Made by a program: the position numbers and the translations under genes. This document shows, one piece after another, positions 23,700 through 39,900 of a stretch of DNA of 64,000 nucleotides. The DNA lies in the NCBI GenBank assembly GCA_965235635.1, contig CBDDYR010000004.1, positions 73,657 through 137,656 of the forward strand. The letters run 5' to 3'. Each line of letters opens with the position of its first letter. The stretch's first letter is position 1. Origin of the DNA: Candidatus Pelagibacterales bacterium. Its GTDB lineage: Bacteria; Pseudomonadota; Alphaproteobacteria; Pelagibacterales; Pelagibacteraceae. Under the pieces are notes generated by a model, which saw nothing but the letters and a program-made list of their open reading frames with translations, was not told where the DNA came from and searched no databases.

Positions 23700-26642
23700 T
23701 TATAAAAGTACTTTTGATATTATTTCGTCCTGCTGTTGTACATGTTTTTTCAAATATCCGGTAGCCGTTGAAGCTGAAGGTTTTCTGCCAACATACTGCA
23801 CTTTTTTAGATTTGGCCCCAATCAAATTTAAAGTCCAATTGATATATTTTTCAACAAAACTCCAAGCTCCCATATTTTCTGGTTCTTCTTGGCACCAAAT
23901 AAATTCATCGGCATTTTTAAATCTTTTTAAAAAACTAGCTAATTTTTTTACAGGGAAAGGATATAATTGTTCAATTCTCAATAGTTGAACTTTAGGATTT
24001 CTTATCGTTTCTCTTTTTTCAGAAATATCAAAATAAACTTTTCCTGAACAAAGAACTACGCGCTTAATTTCTTCATCTTTTACTAATTTAATTAAATTAT
24101 ATTCAGGAAAATCTGCATGATCCGGTAATATTCTATGAAAAGAATTTTCAGGTAAAAAATCTTCAATTTCAGAAACACATTTTTTATGTCTCAATAAAGA
24201 TTTTGGAGAAAATACTATAAGTGGTTTTCTAAATTTTCTATGAATTTGTCTTCTTAACAAATGAAAATAGTTTGCGGGAGTAGTACAATTTACTACCTGC
24301 AAATTTTCCTGAGCACAGGATTGGAGATATCTTTCAATTCGCGCTGAGGAGTGTTCAGGCCCTTGTCCTTCATAGCCATGGGGAAGAAGCATGACTAATC
24401 CACTTGCTCTTGTCCATTTTTTTTCTCCAGAGGTAATAAATTGATCAATTATAATTTGAGCACCATTTGCAAAATCACCAAACTGCGCTTCCCATAAAAC
24501 TAATGTCTCGGGGGATGATAATGAATATCCATACTCAAATCCTAAAACTCCAAATTCTGATAAAAAACTATCAATAATTTCAAACTGAGCTTGTTCTGAG
24601 CTAAGATTTTTTAAAGGGTAATATTTTTCTCCAGTATTTTGATCAAGAACAGCAGCATGTCTTTGGCTAAAAGTTCCTCTTGATGAATCTTGTCCAACAA
24701 ATCTTACTGGGTATCCTTCTAACAATAAAGTTCCAAAAGCCAAACTTTCTGCTGTCGCCCAATCGAAACCTTTTCCAGTTTCAAACATTTTTTTCTTTGC
24801 CTCGAAAAGTCTTTTTATTGTTGAATGAAAATTAAAATTTTCTGGAAGGTTACAAATTTTTTCTCCAGCTTGATGAATTAATTCTAAATCAACTCCAGTT
24901 ACCCCTCTACGATCAGAACCAATTTCAGTTGTAAATTTTGACCAGCTTCCTGTAAACCAATCTATCTGATTTGGAATATAACTCTTTGATGAATCAAACT
25001 CTGTGTCTAAAAATTTTTTAAAATTATCTTTTTCTTTTTGAAATTCATCATCTCTTAAAACTCCTTCTTGAATAAGTTGGTTTCCATAAATTGTTAACGT
25101 TGTGGCTTGCGATCTAATTTTTTTGTACATTAAAGGTTGAGTAAAAGAAGGCTCATCCCCTTCATTATGACCAAATCTTCTGTAACAAATGATATCAATA
25201 ACGACATCTCGTTTAAATTTTTGTCTATATTCTGTTGCAATTCTTGAACAATAAACAACAGATTCTGGATCATCTCCATTTACATGGAATATCGGAGCTT
25301 GAACCATTTTAGCTACTTCAGATGGATAAGGTGAAGATCTTGCAAATGAAGGACTCGTAGTAAAACCAATTTGATTATTAACAATAATATGAATGGTTCC
25401 TCCGGTATTATGTCCTTTTAAACCAGACATGGCAAAACATTCGGCAACAATTCCTTGTCCTGCAAAAGCTGCATCTCCATGTAAAAGAATCGGTATCACT
25501 TTTACTCGCTGTGGATCGTTATGAAAAAATTGTTTAGCTCTAGTTTGCCCTAATACTACTGGATTTACCGCTTCAAGGTGAGAAGGGTTTGCCGTTAAAC
25601 TTACATGAACGCTGTTACCATTAAAATCTCTATCTGCAGATGCTCCTAAATGATATTTAACATCACCAGAAACACCTGCAGCATCAGGGCCTGGATCACC
25701 TGAAAATTCTTTAAATATTTTTTTAAAAGGCTTTTGAATTACGTTCGCGAGAATATTTAATCTACCTCTATGAGGCATTCCTATTTTAATTTCTTTTACT
25801 CCTAAATTACCTCCAACTTTAACTATTTGTTCAAGTGCAGGAATCAAAGACTCACAGCCATCTAACCCAAATCTTTTTGTTCCAACAAACTTAGTATGGC
25901 AATAATTTTCAAATCCTTCTGCCTCTATCAATTTTTTTAAAATTGCTTTTTTACCTTCAGTAGTAAAATTTGCCTCTTTGCCTTTTCCTTCGATTCTTTC
26001 TTGGATCCATTTTTTTTCTTCTGGATCTGACATGTGCATAAACTCTATTCCAATTTTGGCACAATAAGTTTTTAATAAAATTTCTAATATCTCGTTAACT
26101 GTTGCATATTCAAAACCAAGAACATTATCTAAGAAAATTTTTCTATTTCTATCTTCTTTTTTAAAACCATAAGTTTCTGGATTTAATTCAGGATGATAGT
26201 GTTTTTCTTGTAGTTGTAGTGGATCTAAATCAGCAATAAGATGACCTCTAATTCTGTAGGCTCTAATCATCATGATTGCTCTAACAGAGTCAATTGTAGA
26301 TCTTTCTACATCAACTTTTTCATCACTTGATAAAGTTTTATTTTTTTCTGTTATTTTTTCTTTAATTGAATTTCCATTTAAATTTTTTGGAAGATATTTT
26401 TCATAAACATCTAAATCTCCATTAGAAATATATTTAATATTTGATGGAGCCCAACTAGGTCCTTGATTTTCTATAATATTATTTTTTTGATCACCAAGAC
26501 CTTCAAAAAATTGTCGCCAACTATCGGGAATACTTGCAGGATTTTCTACATATTTAGCGTAAAGTTTTTCAATATAAGATGAGTTTGTTCCTGATAAAAA
26601 AGATGTTTTTTGAAAAATAATATTATTCTCTTGCGACGACAT
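23700..26642 (-). CDS. sucA: 2-oxoglutarate dehydrogenase E1
   Basis: [48 protein letters not shown]. Confidence 0.98.
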   Translation of the reverse strand: MSSQENNIIFQKTSFLSGTNSSYIEKLYAKYVENPASIPDSWRQFFEGLGDQKNNIIENQGPSWAPSNIKYISNGDLDVYEKYLPKNLNGNSIKEKITEKNKTLSSDEKVDVERSTIDSVRAIMMIRAYRIRGHLIADLDPLQLQEKHYHPELNPETYGFKKEDRNRKIFLDNVLGFEYATVNEILEILLKTYCAKIGIEFMHMSDPEEKKWIQERIEGKGKEANFTTEGKKAILKKLIEAEGFENYCHTKFVGTKRFGLDGCESLIPALEQIVKVGGNLGVKEIKIGMPHRGRLNILANVIQKPFKKIFKEFSGDPGPDAAGVSGDVKYHLGASADRDFNGNSVHVSLTANPSHLEAVNPVVLGQTRAKQFFHNDPQRVKVIPILLHGDAAFAGQGIVAECFAMSGLKGHNTGGTIHIIVNNQIGFTTSPSFARSSPYPSEVAKMVQAPIFHVNGDDPESVVYCSRIATEYRQKFKRDVVIDIICYRRFGHNEGDEPSFTQPLMYKKIRSQATTLTIYGNQLIQEGVLRDDEFQKEKDNFKKFLDTEFDSSKSYIPNQIDWFTGSWSKFTTEIGSDRRGVTGVDLELIHQAGEKICNLPENFNFHSTIKRLFEAKKKMFETGKGFDWATAESLAFGTLLLEGYPVRFVGQDSSRGTFSQRHAAVLDQNTGEKYYPLKNLSSEQAQFEIIDSFLSEFGVLGFEYGYSLSSPETLVLWEAQFGDFANGAQIIIDQFITSGEKKWTRASGLVMLLPHGYEGQGPEHSSARIERYLQSCAQENLQVVNCTTPANYFHLLRRQIHRKFRKPLIVFSPKSLLRHKKCVSEIEDFLPENSFHRILPDHADFPEYNLIKLVKDEEIKRVVLCSGKVYFDISEKRETIRNPKVQLLRIEQLYPFPVKKLASFLKRFKNADEFIWCQEEPENMGAWSFVEKYINWTLNLIGAKSKKVQYVGRKPSASTATGYLKKHVQQQDEIISKVLL

Positions 26643-26667
26643 ATAATTTTATAATCTTAATAAAATA

Positions 26668-27543
26668 CTAAGTCTTAAGTTTGTCAAATAAAGTTTTACC
26701 AATATCTGCTGGGGAATTTGCAACGGTTATGCCGCAAGATTTCATCGTTTCAATTTTATCTTTAGCAAGTCCTTTCCCTCCAGAAATAATCGCCCCGGCA
26801 TGACCCATTCTTCGTCCGGGAGGTGCTGTGACTCCTGCAATAAATCCAACAACAGGTTTTTTAATTTTTGAGGATTTTATAAATTCAGCAGCTTCCTCTT
26901 CTGCGCTTCCACCTATTTCCCCTATCATAATGATTGATTTAGTTTCATCATCTTTTAAAAATAAATCTAAACAATCAATAAAGTTAGTTCCATTAATAGG
27001 GTCTCCTCCAATACCGATACAAGTGGACTGTCCAAGGCCCAATGCCGTCGTTTGTGCAACTGCCTCATAGGTTAAAGTTCCTGACCTTGATACAATTCCT
27101 ACAGATCCTTTTTTGTGAATATGTCCTGGCATAATTCCAATTTTACATTCATCCGGTGTAATAATTCCTGGGCAGTTAGGTCCGATCAATCTACTTTTAG
27201 ACTTAATTAATTTTTCTTTCACTTTAACCATATCTAAGACTGGAATTCCCTCTGTAATACAAACAATTAAAGGTATTTTACTATCTAAAGCTTCAATAAT
27301 TGCAGCTGCTGCAAATGCTGCAGGAACATATATCATTGTTGCATCTGGTTTTAATTTATCAACTGCATCCGCAACTGTATTAAAAACTGGAAGACCTAAG
27401 TGAGTCTGTCCACCTTTTTTAGGAGTTATTCCACCAACTAGATTTGTTCCATATGCAAGAGCTTGCTCAGAATGAAACGTTCCATGCTTACCTGTAAACC
27501 CCTGACATATAACTTTAGTTTTTTTATTTACTAGAACAGACAT
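26668..27543 (-). CDS. sucD: Succinyl-CoA synthetase alpha subunit
   Basis: [27 protein letters not shown]. Confidence 0.98.
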   Translation of the reverse strand: MSVLVNKKTKVICQGFTGKHGTFHSEQALAYGTNLVGGITPKKGGQTHLGLPVFNTVADAVDKLKPDATMIYVPAAFAAAAIIEALDSKIPLIVCITEGIPVLDMVKVKEKLIKSKSRLIGPNCPGIITPDECKIGIMPGHIHKKGSVGIVSRSGTLTYEAVAQTTALGLGQSTCIGIGGDPINGTNFIDCLDLFLKDDETKSIIMIGEIGGSAEEEAAEFIKSSKIKKPVVGFIAGVTAPPGRRMGHAGAIISGGKGLAKDKIETMKSCGITVANSPADIGKTLFDKLKT

Positions 27544-27545
27544 AA

Positions 27546-28706
27546 TTAAGATGTAGCTTCTACAATTTTTTTTGCTGCATCAGATAAATTATCAGCAGAA
27601 ATAATTGTCAACCCAGATTTTTTTAAAATTTCTTTACCTTCATCAACTTTTGTTCCCGCTAGTCTAACCACTAGAGGAATTTTGAGATCAACTTCTTTAG
27701 CTGCTTCTACGACACCTTGTGCAATAATATCGCAACGCATAATTCCACCAAAAATATTTATTAAAATCCCCTCAACATTTTTATCTGATAAAATAATTCT
27801 AAAAGCAGCAGAAACTTTTTCTTTTGTAGCTCCGCCTCCTACATCTAAAAAATTTGCAGGTTCTGAACCGTAAAGTTTAATAATATCCATTGTTGCCATA
27901 GCAAGACCAGCCCCATTGACCATGCAACCAATTTTTCCATCTAATTTAATGTAAGCTAATTCATACTTACTTGCTTCAATTTCCATTGGATCTTCTTCAT
28001 TTAAATCTCTAAGCGCTTTAATTTCTGGATGTCTAAAAAGAGCATTATCATCGAAACTTATTTTTGCATCTAAACACTTAATTTGATTTTCCGTCGTAAG
28101 AATTAACGGATTAATTTCGATTAAACTTCCATCTGCATTTATCAAAGTATCATATAAAGATTGAGCAACTTTCTTTGCCTGATGCTTTTGCTCTCCACTT
28201 AAGTTAAAAGGTTTTACAATTTGTTCTAAATCCTCATCTTTTAATTTTGTCGATAATGAAACACGCGTTGTAATAATTTTCTCAGGAGTTTTAGCTGCAA
28301 CTTCCTCAATATCCATTCCTCCTTCAGCACTAGAAATAAAAGCAATTTTTGAAGATGCCCTGTCTACTAAACAAGATAGATAAAACTCTTTTTTTATATC
28401 CGATGCTTCTTCTATATAAATTCTTTTTACTTCTCTGCCTTGAGGTCCTGTTTGGTGTGTGACAAGAACTTTTCCAAGTAAATCCTTGCATTTTTGCTTT
28501 AATTCATCAATGTTTTTAACTAATTTTACTCCTCCAGCTTTTCCTCTTCCACCCGCATGGATTTGAGCTTTAACCACGTACATCTTACTATTTAACTGCT
28601 TAATCTTCTCATCAATCTCATTTAAATTAAAAATAACAACACCCCTTGAAACTGGTGCTCCAAATTTTTTTATGACTTCTTTTGCCTGATGTTCGTGAAT
28701 ATTCAT
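27546..28706 (-). CDS. sucC: Succinyl-CoA synthetase beta subunit
   Basis: [43 protein letters not shown]. Confidence 0.98.
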   Translation of the reverse strand: MNIHEHQAKEVIKKFGAPVSRGVVIFNLNEIDEKIKQLNSKMYVVKAQIHAGGRGKAGGVKLVKNIDELKQKCKDLLGKVLVTHQTGPQGREVKRIYIEEASDIKKEFYLSCLVDRASSKIAFISSAEGGMDIEEVAAKTPEKIITTRVSLSTKLKDEDLEQIVKPFNLSGEQKHQAKKVAQSLYDTLINADGSLIEINPLILTTENQIKCLDAKISFDDNALFRHPEIKALRDLNEEDPMEIEASKYELAYIKLDGKIGCMVNGAGLAMATMDIIKLYGSEPANFLDVGGGATKEKVSAAFRIILSDKNVEGILINIFGGIMRCDIIAQGVVEAAKEVDLKIPLVVRLAGTKVDEGKEILKKSGLTIISADNLSDAAKKIVEATS

Positions 28707-28712
28707 GAAAAA

Positions 28713-31200
<2,488 letters not shown>

Positions 31201-31260
31201 TTAAATTAATAAGAAAATATAAGGATAAAATTAAGCTGTCAAATAGTGAAGTAAAAAAAA

Positions 31261-32052
31261 TTAAAGATCTTTACTATGTTGAACTAACATTTTTTTTATT
31301 GAACCAATCGCTTTTGCTGGATTTAATCCTTTAGGGCAGGTGTTAGTACAGTTCATGATTGTATGACATCTAAAAAGTTTAAGTTCATCTGCAACTTTTT
31401 TTAATCTTTTTCCTCTCTCCTCATCTCTGCTATCAATAATCCATCGGTAAGCCTGCAATAAAACAGCAGGTCCTAAATATTTTTCACCGTTCCACCAATA
31501 ACTTGGGCAAGATGTTGAACAACATGCACAAAGAATACATTCATATAAACCGTCTAACTTTTCTCTGTCTTGTTTTGATTGATATATTTCTTTATCGCTA
31601 CCATTGCTTTTCTTTTCAACCTGCAGCCATGGTTCAATGGACTGATACTGTTTATAAAGTTGATTTAAATTTGCTACTAAATCTTTAATTACCGGCATAT
31701 GCGGAAGCGGGTAAACTTTTATCTCGTCTTTAATATCTACTGCAGATTTTGTACAAGCAAGTCCATTAACTCCATCAATATTCATTGCACAAGATCCACA
31801 AACACCCTCTCGACAAGATCTTCTAAAAGTTAATGTCGTATCAATTTCATTTTTAATTTTAATAAGGACATCAAGAACCATAGGTCCACATTCATCCATA
31901 TTGACTTCGTAGGTATCAACTCTTGGATTCTCTTTTTTTTCAGGATCCCAGCGATAAACTTTAACTTTTTTTAAATTTTTTCCATTAGTCTTGTCTTTAA
32001 AATATTTTCCCTCAACAATTTTTGAGTCTTTAGGTAGTGCAAACTGAACCAT
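31261..32052 (-). CDS. sdhB: Succinate dehydrogenase iron-sulfur subunit
   Basis: [34 protein letters not shown]. Confidence 0.98.
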   Translation of the reverse strand: MVQFALPKDSKIVEGKYFKDKTNGKNLKKVKVYRWDPEKKENPRVDTYEVNMDECGPMVLDVLIKIKNEIDTTLTFRRSCREGVCGSCAMNIDGVNGLACTKSAVDIKDEIKVYPLPHMPVIKDLVANLNQLYKQYQSIEPWLQVEKKSNGSDKEIYQSKQDREKLDGLYECILCACCSTSCPSYWWNGEKYLGPAVLLQAYRWIIDSRDEERGKRLKKVADELKLFRCHTIMNCTNTCPKGLNPAKAIGSIKKMLVQHSKDL

Positions 32053-33833
32053 TAATACACTCTCGCTTTCGGAGGAAAATATTGAACTTCATTAGTGAGT
32101 GTAAAATTATGAACATTTCTGTAATCAATTTTTACTTTCTCACCATCTTGCCAAGCAAGTGTATGCTTCATCCAATTTTCATCGTCTCGATCTTTAAAAT
32201 CTTCTCTAGAATGCGCCCCTCTGCTTTCTTTTCTATTTTCTGCAGACGCCATCGTCACAAGTGATTGTCTTATCAAATTATCAAATTCTAAAGTTTCAAT
32301 TAAATCAGTATTAAAGATTAAAGACTTATCTGAAACTGAAATATCATCCATTCCTTGCCATGGTTTTTTAATTTCTTCCATGCCTTCTTTTAAAATTTTA
32401 GCATCTCTAAATACCGCACAATTTTTTTGCATTGTTCTTTGCATTTTATCTCTAAGTACAGAAGTAGGGGTACCTCCATTTGAATTTCTTAATTTATCAA
32501 ATCTTGAAATTGATTTTTCAGTTTCACTTTCAGGAATTACTTCATGTTTAGAATTTGGTTGTACTATTGTTGCAGCTCTCATAGCTGCGGCTCTACCAAA
32601 TACTACAAGGTCAATTAATGAATTAGATCCTAGTCTATTTGCACCATGAACAGAAACACAAGCTGCTTCGCCGACTGCCATTAAGCCTGGAACAATTACA
32701 TCTTTGCCATTTTCAGTTTTTGATACTACTTCACCGTAATAATTAGTAGGAATGCCACCCATATTATAATGAACCGTCGGAACAACTGGGATCGGTTGTT
32801 TTGTTACATCAACACCAGCAAAAATTTTTGCTGACTCAGAAATCCCTGGAAGTCTTTCATGTAAAACTTTTGGATCTAAATGATTTAAATGAAGATAGAT
32901 ATGATCTTTATTTTTACCAACTCCTCTGCCTTCATTTATTTCAATTGTCATAGATCTTGAAACCACATCTCTTGATGCAAGATCTTTTGCAGATGGAGCG
33001 TATCTTTCCATAAATCTTTCTCCTTCGGAGTTAACTAGAAATCCTCCTTCTCCTCTAGAACCTTCAGTGATTAAACATCCAGCTCCATAAATTCCTGTTG
33101 GATGAAATTGAATAAATTCCATATCTTGTAATGGTAAACCCGCTCTTAAAACCATCGCGTTTCCATCTCCGGTACAAGTATGTGCTGAAGTTGCTGAAAA
33201 ATATGCTCTTCCATAACCACCCGTAGCTAAAATTGTCATATTCGCTCTGAAACGATGAATAGTTCCATCTTGTAAATTCCAAGCTGTAACTCCATGACAT
33301 TTTCCATTATGCATTAATAAATCTAATGCAAAATATTCTATAAAAAATTCAGTATTCTTTTTTAGTGCCTGACCATAAAGCGTGTGAAGAATTGCATGTC
33401 CCGTTCTATCCGCAGCAGCACAAGTTCTTTGAGCAATACCATTTCCATAATTAGCTGTCATTCCGCCAAATGGTCTTTGATAAATTTTTCCCTCTTCAGT
33501 TCTGCTAAAAGGAACTCCATATTTTTCAAGTTCAATAACTGCTCTTGGCGCTTCTTTGCATAAATATTCAATAGCATCTTGATCGCCCAACCAATCAGCA
33601 CCTTTTACCGTGTCATACATGTGCCAACGCCAATCATCCTCTGACATATTTCCTAATGCAGCAGAGATTCCGCCTTGTGCAGCAGCAGTATGACTTCTTG
33701 TTGGAAATACTTTTGAAATACAAGCTGTTTTAAGTCCAGCTTCAGCTAAACCAACAGCTGCTCTTAATCCTGAACCGCCAGCTCCTACAACGAGTACATC
33801 ATATTCATGATCAATAATTGGATAACTGCTCAT
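32052..33833 (-). CDS. sdhA: Succinate dehydrogenase flavoprotein
   Basis: [10 protein letters not shown] (FAD histidine), [23 protein letters not shown]. Confidence 0.98.
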   Translation of the reverse strand: MSSYPIIDHEYDVLVVGAGGSGLRAAVGLAEAGLKTACISKVFPTRSHTAAAQGGISAALGNMSEDDWRWHMYDTVKGADWLGDQDAIEYLCKEAPRAVIELEKYGVPFSRTEEGKIYQRPFGGMTANYGNGIAQRTCAAADRTGHAILHTLYGQALKKNTEFFIEYFALDLLMHNGKCHGVTAWNLQDGTIHRFRANMTILATGGYGRAYFSATSAHTCTGDGNAMVLRAGLPLQDMEFIQFHPTGIYGAGCLITEGSRGEGGFLVNSEGERFMERYAPSAKDLASRDVVSRSMTIEINEGRGVGKNKDHIYLHLNHLDPKVLHERLPGISESAKIFAGVDVTKQPIPVVPTVHYNMGGIPTNYYGEVVSKTENGKDVIVPGLMAVGEAACVSVHGANRLGSNSLIDLVVFGRAAAMRAATIVQPNSKHEVIPESETEKSISRFDKLRNSNGGTPTSVLRDKMQRTMQKNCAVFRDAKILKEGMEEIKKPWQGMDDISVSDKSLIFNTDLIETLEFDNLIRQSLVTMASAENRKESRGAHSREDFKDRDDENWMKHTLAWQDGEKVKIDYRNVHNFTLTNEVQYFPPKARVY

Positions 33834-34174
33834 AAAATAATTATTATTAATGATACAATGCCAACAACGGGAAGTATAGCCGAGTATAACATTATAAGTT
33901 TATTTAAAATTCCTTTGACACGTTCATCTTGGATGTAATCTTCAACAATTTCACCTAGACCTAATTTTAAATGCAGGCCTGCAAATATTAAAAATAAAGT
34001 AAAAATAGTTATTGATAAATAGTTATCAAAAAAATCTAATGCCCCCGTGTAATCTTGATTAACTAAATCAACTAAGGAGTATAAAAAAAACAATAACAAC
34101 GGTATTAGCACAACTGCGCTAACTCTTTGTATTATCCATTTATTTAAAGCATGATTTTTGATCATATAATCCAA
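33830..34174 (-). CDS. sdhD: Succinate dehydrogenase membrane anchor; start may be 34165
   Basis: WIIQRVSA, heme histidine in HLKLG, EDY; three transmembrane segments. Confidence 0.9.
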   Translation of the reverse strand: MDYMIKNHALNKWIIQRVSAVVLIPLLLFFLYSLVDLVNQDYTGALDFFDNYLSITIFTLFLIFAGLHLKLGLGEIVEDYIQDERVKGILNKLIMLYSAILPVVGIVSLIIIIL

Positions 34175-34533
34175 ATAAAAAATGTTGTTAAAATAGATAA
34201 AAATAAAACAATGATTCCAGAGAGATTTGCAGTTTTAATTTCATAACCATAACCAAAATCCCACGAAAGATGTCTGATGCCATTAAACATGTGGTAAACG
34301 AATGACCATGTAAAACCCACCAAAATAAATTTACCTATGAAGCTTCTTAAAAATTTTTGATAAAAATTATAATATTCAGGTCCTAAAGCTAAAAATAAAA
34401 TCCATAAAACTATTAAGAAAAATCCAGCAGTATTAATGACTCCTGTCAGTCTATGGGTGATTGATAATAAAGAAGAAAACTGCCACTTATAAATCTGAAT
34501 ATGAGGGGATAACGGACCAGAACTTTTTTCCAT
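34162..34533 (-). CDS. sdhC: Succinate dehydrogenase cytochrome b556 subunit
   Basis: PLSPHIQIY, SITHRLTG, HMFNGIRHL.WD. Confidence 0.95.
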   Translation of the reverse strand: MEKSSGPLSPHIQIYKWQFSSLLSITHRLTGVINTAGFFLIVLWILFLALGPEYYNFYQKFLRSFIGKFILVGFTWSFVYHMFNGIRHLSWDFGYGYEIKTANLSGIIVLFLSILTTFFIWII

Positions 34534-34541
34534 AAAAAATA

Positions 34542-35566
34542 TTAATTATTTTTTATATACTTTTTAACCAAAACCTCCGCTATTTGCACTCCATTAAAGG
34601 CCGCACCTTTTAATAAGTTGTCCGAAACCACCCATAAATTAACTGCATTTTTTGTAGGATCTTTTCTAATTCTGGAAATATAAGTTAAAAAACTTCCAGT
34701 GCACTCAGCTGGAGTTGCATAGCCACCATTTTTTTGCTCGATCTATAACTTTGCAACCTGGGGCTTTTGATTAAAATAGATCTAATTTGCTTTATATTAA
34801 ATCTTTTTTTTGAATTCAATATTTACAGATTCAGAATGTGAAACAAGAACAGGTACACGAACGCAAGTAGCTGTTAACTTTAATATTTTTATCTAATATT
34901 TTTTTAGTTTCATTTTCCATTTTCCACTCCTCTTTAGTGGAACCATCTTTCATAAAAACATCAATATGAGGAATAACGTTAAAAGCTATTTGTTTTGTAA
35001 ATTTAATTGGTTTAATCTTTTTTTTTGCAAGATAATTTTTAGTCTGAGAAATAAGTTCATCCATTGCAGCTTTTCCAGCTCCAGATACAGATTGATAGGT
35101 TGAGGTAACTACTCGAGTTATTTTAAACTTATCATGAAGAGGTTTTAAAGCTAACACCAATTGTGCTAGTCGAACAATTTGGATTTGAAATAATATTTTT
35201 CTTTCTATAATATTTAAGTGCATTTTCATTAACCTCTGGAACTACTAAAGGGATATCTTTTAACATGTCTAAATTGTTTAGAATGCTCAATAACCGTTGA
35301 ATACTTTGCAATCTTTGGAGCTAAAGTTTTTGCAAGCTTTGATCCTGCGCAAAAAAAAGTGATATGCGCTTTTTTAAAATCAAAATCTATCTAAATTTTT
35401 GAACTCTAATTTTTTTATTTCTAAAATTTATAAAACTCCCAGCACTACGTTTTAGAAGATAATAAATATAAATATATTAACTGGAAATCTCTCTTCTTTC
35501 TAAAGCTTCTACCGTTTTCCTTCCCACATTACCGGTGCTGCCTACAATTGCGATATTAACTTTCAT
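34542..35566 (-). pseudogene. asd: Aspartate-semialdehyde dehydrogenase with 11 apparent single-base insertions; likely a sequence artefact rather than a true pseudogene
   Basis: Frame-switching reconstruction gives MKVNIAIVGSTGNVG...PLVVPEVN...NPNCST.QL...STYQSVSGAG...TATCVRVPV..SHSE...WVVSDNLLKGAA.N. 1025 nt minus 11 nt is 337 aa plus stop. Located after leuB. Confidence 0.93.
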
Positions 35567-36661
35567 TTATTTTAATTTAGAAATTACCAAATCTCCCATT
35601 TGTGAAGTTGAAACTTTTTTCTTTCCCTCTTCCATAATATCTGCTGTTCGATGGCCATCTTTTAAAACATCTTTGACTGCTTTATCAAGCATGTCGGCAT
35701 CTTTATCCATATCAAAAGAATATCGGAGTGCCATAGAAAAACTTAATATTGATGCAAGCGGATTTGCAATATTTTTACCTGCTATATCAGGTGCTGAGCC
35801 ATGACAAGGTTCATACATTGATTTAAATTTTCCATCTTTATTTTTTCCACTTAATGATGCGGATGGTAACATCCCAAGTGAACCCGTTAACATCCCAGCC
35901 TCATCTGAAAGCATATCACCAAATAAGTTATCCGTTACGATCACATCAAATTGTTTAGGATTTCTAACTAATTGCATCGCGCAATTATCCGCTAACATAT
36001 GGCTAAGTTCTACATCTTTAAATTCTTTTTTGTGGAGTTCCTCTACTTCTTCTCTCCATAATAAACCCGCTTCCATAACATTAGATTTCTCACATGAAGT
36101 CACTTTGTTATTTCTCTTTCTTGCAAGTTCAAAAGCAACTCTTGCAACTCTTTGAATTTCGCTTGATGTATAAGTATGAGTATTTATTCCTTTTTTCTCG
36201 CCATTAGATAATTTTTCAACCCCTCTTGGAGTTCCAAAATAAATCCCTCCGGTAAGTTCTCGAACAATCATAATATCTAAATCAGAAACAACTTCCGGCT
36301 TTAAAGTTGAAGCATTCGCAAGTTCTTTAAAACAAATTGCAGGTCTTAAATTTGCAAATAACTCTAAATCTTTTCTAAGTCTTAAAAGAGCTCTTTCAGG
36401 TTTTTTTGAAAATTCTAATTTGTCCCACTTTGGACCACCCACCGCTCCTAATAAAACTGCATCACTTGCCAAAGCAATATCCATTACTTTATCAGTAATT
36501 GGAGTGCCATGTTTATCAAAAGAAATTCCTCCGGCTAATTCTTCGGTGATATCAAAATCTGCAGATTTATTTTTATTAAACCAAACAATAATTTTTTTAA
36601 CCTCATTCATTACCTCTGGTCCAATTCCATCTCCAGCAAGAATAAGAAGTTTTTTTTTCAT
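35567..36661 (-). CDS. leuB: 3-isopropylmalate dehydrogenase; start revised to 36661
   Basis: [47 protein letters not shown]; TAATG coupling with leuD. Confidence 0.97.
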   Translation of the reverse strand: MKKKLLILAGDGIGPEVMNEVKKIIVWFNKNKSADFDITEELAGGISFDKHGTPITDKVMDIALASDAVLLGAVGGPKWDKLEFSKKPERALLRLRKDLELFANLRPAICFKELANASTLKPEVVSDLDIMIVRELTGGIYFGTPRGVEKLSNGEKKGINTHTYTSSEIQRVARVAFELARKRNNKVTSCEKSNVMEAGLLWREEVEELHKKEFKDVELSHMLADNCAMQLVRNPKQFDVIVTDNLFGDMLSDEAGMLTGSLGMLPSASLSGKNKDGKFKSMYEPCHGSAPDIAGKNIANPLASILSFSMALRYSFDMDKDADMLDKAVKDVLKDGHRTADIMEEGKKKVSTSQMGDLVISKLK

Positions 36662-37263
36662 TAATAAAGCCAAGGAGTTAAATTTTTCTTTTTTTGTTCA
36701 AAGGTATTAATTTTTGCATCTTTTTTTAAAGTAAGAGCAATATCATCATAGCCATTTAATAAACAATCTTTTCTAAACGGCTCAATTTCGAAATCAAAAG
36801 GTCTATTGTCTCCTTTGTGAATTTTTTGATCAATCAAATCTATCTCAATCTCTTTATTTTGTTTTGCAGCCTCCGATAATTCTTTGACCTGATTTTCTGG
36901 AAGAATAATTGGTAAAATTCCATTTTTAAAACAGTTGTTATAAAAAATATCTGCAAAACTTTCAGCAATAATACATCGAATACCAAAATCTAATAATGCC
37001 CATGGCGCATGTTCTCTTGATGATCCACAACCAAAATTTTTACCTGAAATCAAAATTTTAGCCTTATTGTAAGGCACATTATTTAAAATAAAATTTTTTA
37101 TTGGGTTGCCTTTTTCATCATAACGCATCTCATAAAATAGAGCTGATCCAAGACCGGTTCTTTTAATAGTTTTTAAAAATTGTTTTGGAATAATCATATC
37201 CGTATCTACATTTGTGATCGGAAGATCAGCGGCAATACTTTTAAGCTTGGTAAATTTTTCCAT
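36661..37263 (-). CDS. leuD: 3-isopropylmalate dehydratase small subunit
   Basis: [28 protein letters not shown]. Confidence 0.97.
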   Translation of the reverse strand: MEKFTKLKSIAADLPITNVDTDMIIPKQFLKTIKRTGLGSALFYEMRYDEKGNPIKNFILNNVPYNKAKILISGKNFGCGSSREHAPWALLDFGIRCIIAESFADIFYNNCFKNGILPIILPENQVKELSEAAKQNKEIEIDLIDQKIHKGDNRPFDFEIEPFRKDCLLNGYDDIALTLKKDAKINTFEQKKKNLTPWLY

Positions 37264-38663
37264 TAAATAATCTTTCTAATATCTACAAATTTACCCTCGA
37301 TTGCCGCAGCCGCTGCCATCACTGGGCTAACAAGATGTGTTCTTCCTCCTCGTCCTTGTCTTCCTTCAAAGTTTCTATTTGAAGTCGAAGCACATCTTTC
37401 TTTTGGTTTTAATTGATCCGGGTTCATTCCAAGACACATTGAGCATCCTGGTTCTCTCCAATCAAATCCTGATTCTTTAAATATTTTATCTAAACCTTCT
37501 TTTTCAGCTTGTAATTTTACAAGTCCTGAGCCTGGAACAACAATTGCATCCACACTTTTATTTACTTTTTTTCCTTTAACTATTTTTGCAACTTCTCTTA
37601 AATCTTCAATTCTTCCATTAGTGCAAGAGCCAATAAAAACCTTATCAATTTTGATGTCCTGAATTGCGGTATTTGGTTCTAAGCCCATATAATCTAATGA
37701 TCTTAATATAGATTTCTTTCTATCTTCATTTTTTTCTAAATTTGGATCAGGAACTTTCCCATTAATAGAAGCTGTATCTTGAGGACTTGTTCCCCAAGTG
37801 ACAGTTGGCTCAATATCTTTTCCTTGTAAAAAAAGCTCTCGATCAAATTTAGCATCTTTATCAGTATATAAAGTGCTCCAATATTTTACTGCTTTTTCCC
37901 AATTATCTCCCTTAGGAGCCAAGGGTCTTCCTTTAATATAATCAAAAGTTTTTTGATCAGGAGCAACTAATCCAGCTCGAGCACCCGCTTCGATGCTCAT
38001 ATTACAAACTGTCATTCTTTCCTCCATAGAGAAATTTCTAAAAACCTCTCCACAATATTCAATAACATACCCCGTTCCACCTGCAGTGCCGATCTTTCCA
38101 ATAATAGATAAGATGACATCTTTAGCAGTTACTCCTAATGGTAATTTACCATCCACACTAATTTTAAAATTTTTTGCTCGACTTTGAATTAAAGTTTGTG
38201 TTGCAAGAACATGTTCTACTTCAGAGGTTCCAATTCCAAAAGCTAATGCACCAAATGCACCATGAGTTGAAGTGTGGCTATCTCCACAAACAATTGTCAT
38301 ACCAGGTTGCGTAAATCCTTGTTCAGGACCAATAACATGAACAATACCTTGTCGTTTATCTGTTAAGCCAAAAAATTCTATACCAAAATCTTTACAATTT
38401 TTAGAAAGTGTTTCTACTTGGATTGCAGATTCTTTATCAGATATTCCTTTTGATCGATCAGTTGTTGGAACGTTATGATCAACGACTGCTAATGTTGAAC
38501 CAGGTAATTTTACTTTTCTATTAGATAAACGTAAGCCCTCAAATGCCTGAGGACTTGTTACTTCATGAACTAAATGCCTATCAATATATAAAAGTGAAGT
38601 TCCGTCATTTTGTTCATCAACTAAATGACTCTCCCATATTTTGTCGTAAAGTGTCTTTGCCAT
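37263..38663 (-). CDS. leuC: 3-isopropylmalate dehydratase large subunit; start revised to 38663
   Basis: [49 protein letters not shown]. Confidence 0.97.
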   Translation of the reverse strand: MAKTLYDKIWESHLVDEQNDGTSLLYIDRHLVHEVTSPQAFEGLRLSNRKVKLPGSTLAVVDHNVPTTDRSKGISDKESAIQVETLSKNCKDFGIEFFGLTDKRQGIVHVIGPEQGFTQPGMTIVCGDSHTSTHGAFGALAFGIGTSEVEHVLATQTLIQSRAKNFKISVDGKLPLGVTAKDVILSIIGKIGTAGGTGYVIEYCGEVFRNFSMEERMTVCNMSIEAGARAGLVAPDQKTFDYIKGRPLAPKGDNWEKAVKYWSTLYTDKDAKFDRELFLQGKDIEPTVTWGTSPQDTASINGKVPDPNLEKNEDRKKSILRSLDYMGLEPNTAIQDIKIDKVFIGSCTNGRIEDLREVAKIVKGKKVNKSVDAIVVPGSGLVKLQAEKEGLDKIFKESGFDWREPGCSMCLGMNPDQLKPKERCASTSNRNFEGRQGRGGRTHLVSPVMAAAAAIEGKFVDIRKII

Positions 38664-38679
38664 TAAATAAAAACTAGTA

Positions 38680-39198
38680 TTACTTCTTTTTATTCTGAGC
38701 TTCTGTCTTTGGCGCTGAAGCTTTTTCCACATTTTTTGGAGCCTGTTCAACAGCTATATCTGTTTGTGCTTCAATATTTTGGACAGCCTCTTTTTTAGGT
38801 AAAGGTTGAATAATATCTACACCGATTTTTTTTCTAATTTTTTCAGTAATTCTAGCTGATTTACCAGTTCTTTCTCTTAAGTAATAAAGTTTTGCTCTTC
38901 TTACTTTTCCGCTTCTGATAACTTCAACTGATTCTACATTTGGACTATGAACTGGAAATAATCTTTCAACACCCTCACCGAAAGAAATTTTTCTAACTGT
39001 AAAAGTAGAATTAATTCCTTTATTTTTTTTAGCAATACAAACCCCTTCATAAGCTTGCACTCTTTGTCTTTTTCCTTCAATAATTCGAACGTTTACTTTT
39101 AAAGTATCTCCCGGAGAAAATTCTGGAAATTTTTTTTCTCCAATTTTCTTAATATGAAGTTTATCTAATTCGTCTATTCTCATTGTAGAAATTTGCAT
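38680..39198 (-). CDS. rplS: 50S ribosomal protein L19 with C-terminal extension
   Basis: [30 protein letters not shown]. Confidence 0.97.
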   Translation of the reverse strand: MQISTMRIDELDKLHIKKIGEKKFPEFSPGDTLKVNVRIIEGKRQRVQAYEGVCIAKKNKGINSTFTVRKISFGEGVERLFPVHSPNVESVEVIRSGKVRRAKLYYLRERTGKSARITEKIRKKIGVDIIQPLPKKEAVQNIEAQTDIAVEQAPKNVEKASAPKTEAQNKKK

Positions 39199-39208
39199 TA
39201 AAATTTAG

Positions 39209-39895
39209 TTATTTATGATATTTTTCCCATAAGTCTTGTCTCTGGCGACGTGTTATATCCTCGGATTGTGCTAAGCGCCAGTCCTTAATTTTAGCGTGAT
39301 TCCCAGACAAAAGTACTTCTGGAACAGTTCTTCCTTTCCACTCTTGGGGTTTTGTATATTGCGGATATTCTAATAAATTATTTTCAAAACTCTCTTCATT
39401 CAAAGAAGAAGAATTGCCAAGAACGCCCGGCAACAATCTAAGTATGGTGTCTAAAAAAACAAACGCAGCTGTTTCACCACCGGATAAAATAAAATCACCA
39501 ATACTTATTTCTCTTATCTTTCTTTCTTCTATAACTCTCTGATCAATTCCCTCAAAGTGTCCACAAATAAGATCTACTCCATTTTTTTGTGATAATTCTC
39601 TTGCAACTTTTTGAGTTAATAATTCACCTCTAGGACTTAGATAAATAAGTTCATTTTTAGAGTTTTTAATATTCTTATCCAAACAATGATCTATTACATC
39701 GGCACGCATAACCATTCCACTTCCTCCACCAAAAGGAGTGTCATCCACACTTCCGTGTTTATCTAAAGCATAGTCCCTGATGTTAACAACATCGAGTGAC
39801 CAGATTTTATTTTCTCTAGCTCTTTTATAAAGCCCGATATCTAAAATCCCCGGAAAAAATTCTGGGTATAAAGTGAATATTTTCGCAGACCACAT
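39209..39895 (-). CDS. trmD: tRNA (guanine37-N1) methyltransferase
   Basis: VDDTPFGGGSGM, CGHFEGIDQR, SIGDFILSGGE, EYPQYT.P. Confidence 0.97.
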   Translation of the reverse strand: MWSAKIFTLYPEFFPGILDIGLYKRARENKIWSLDVVNIRDYALDKHGSVDDTPFGGGSGMVMRADVIDHCLDKNIKNSKNELIYLSPRGELLTQKVARELSQKNGVDLICGHFEGIDQRVIEERKIREISIGDFILSGGETAAFVFLDTILRLLPGVLGNSSSLNEESFENNLLEYPQYTKPQEWKGRTVPEVLLSGNHAKIKDWRLAQSEDITRRQRQDLWEKYHK

Positions 39896-39900
39896 AATAG

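Noticed and set aside
34831-35229. 132-aa ORF as an independent gene
   Set aside because: It is the middle in-frame fragment of asd, with out-of-frame ends.
34542-35566. Programmed frameshifting or RNA editing to explain asd
   Set aside because: Eleven sites with no shared slippery motif; cumulative efficiency would be negligible, and sequencing error is far simpler.
38664-38750. N-terminal extensions of LeuC, RlmH (11449) and LeuB (36673) in the ORF track
   Set aside because: Longest-ORF artefacts overlapping upstream genes; canonical starts are at 38663, 11488 and 36661.
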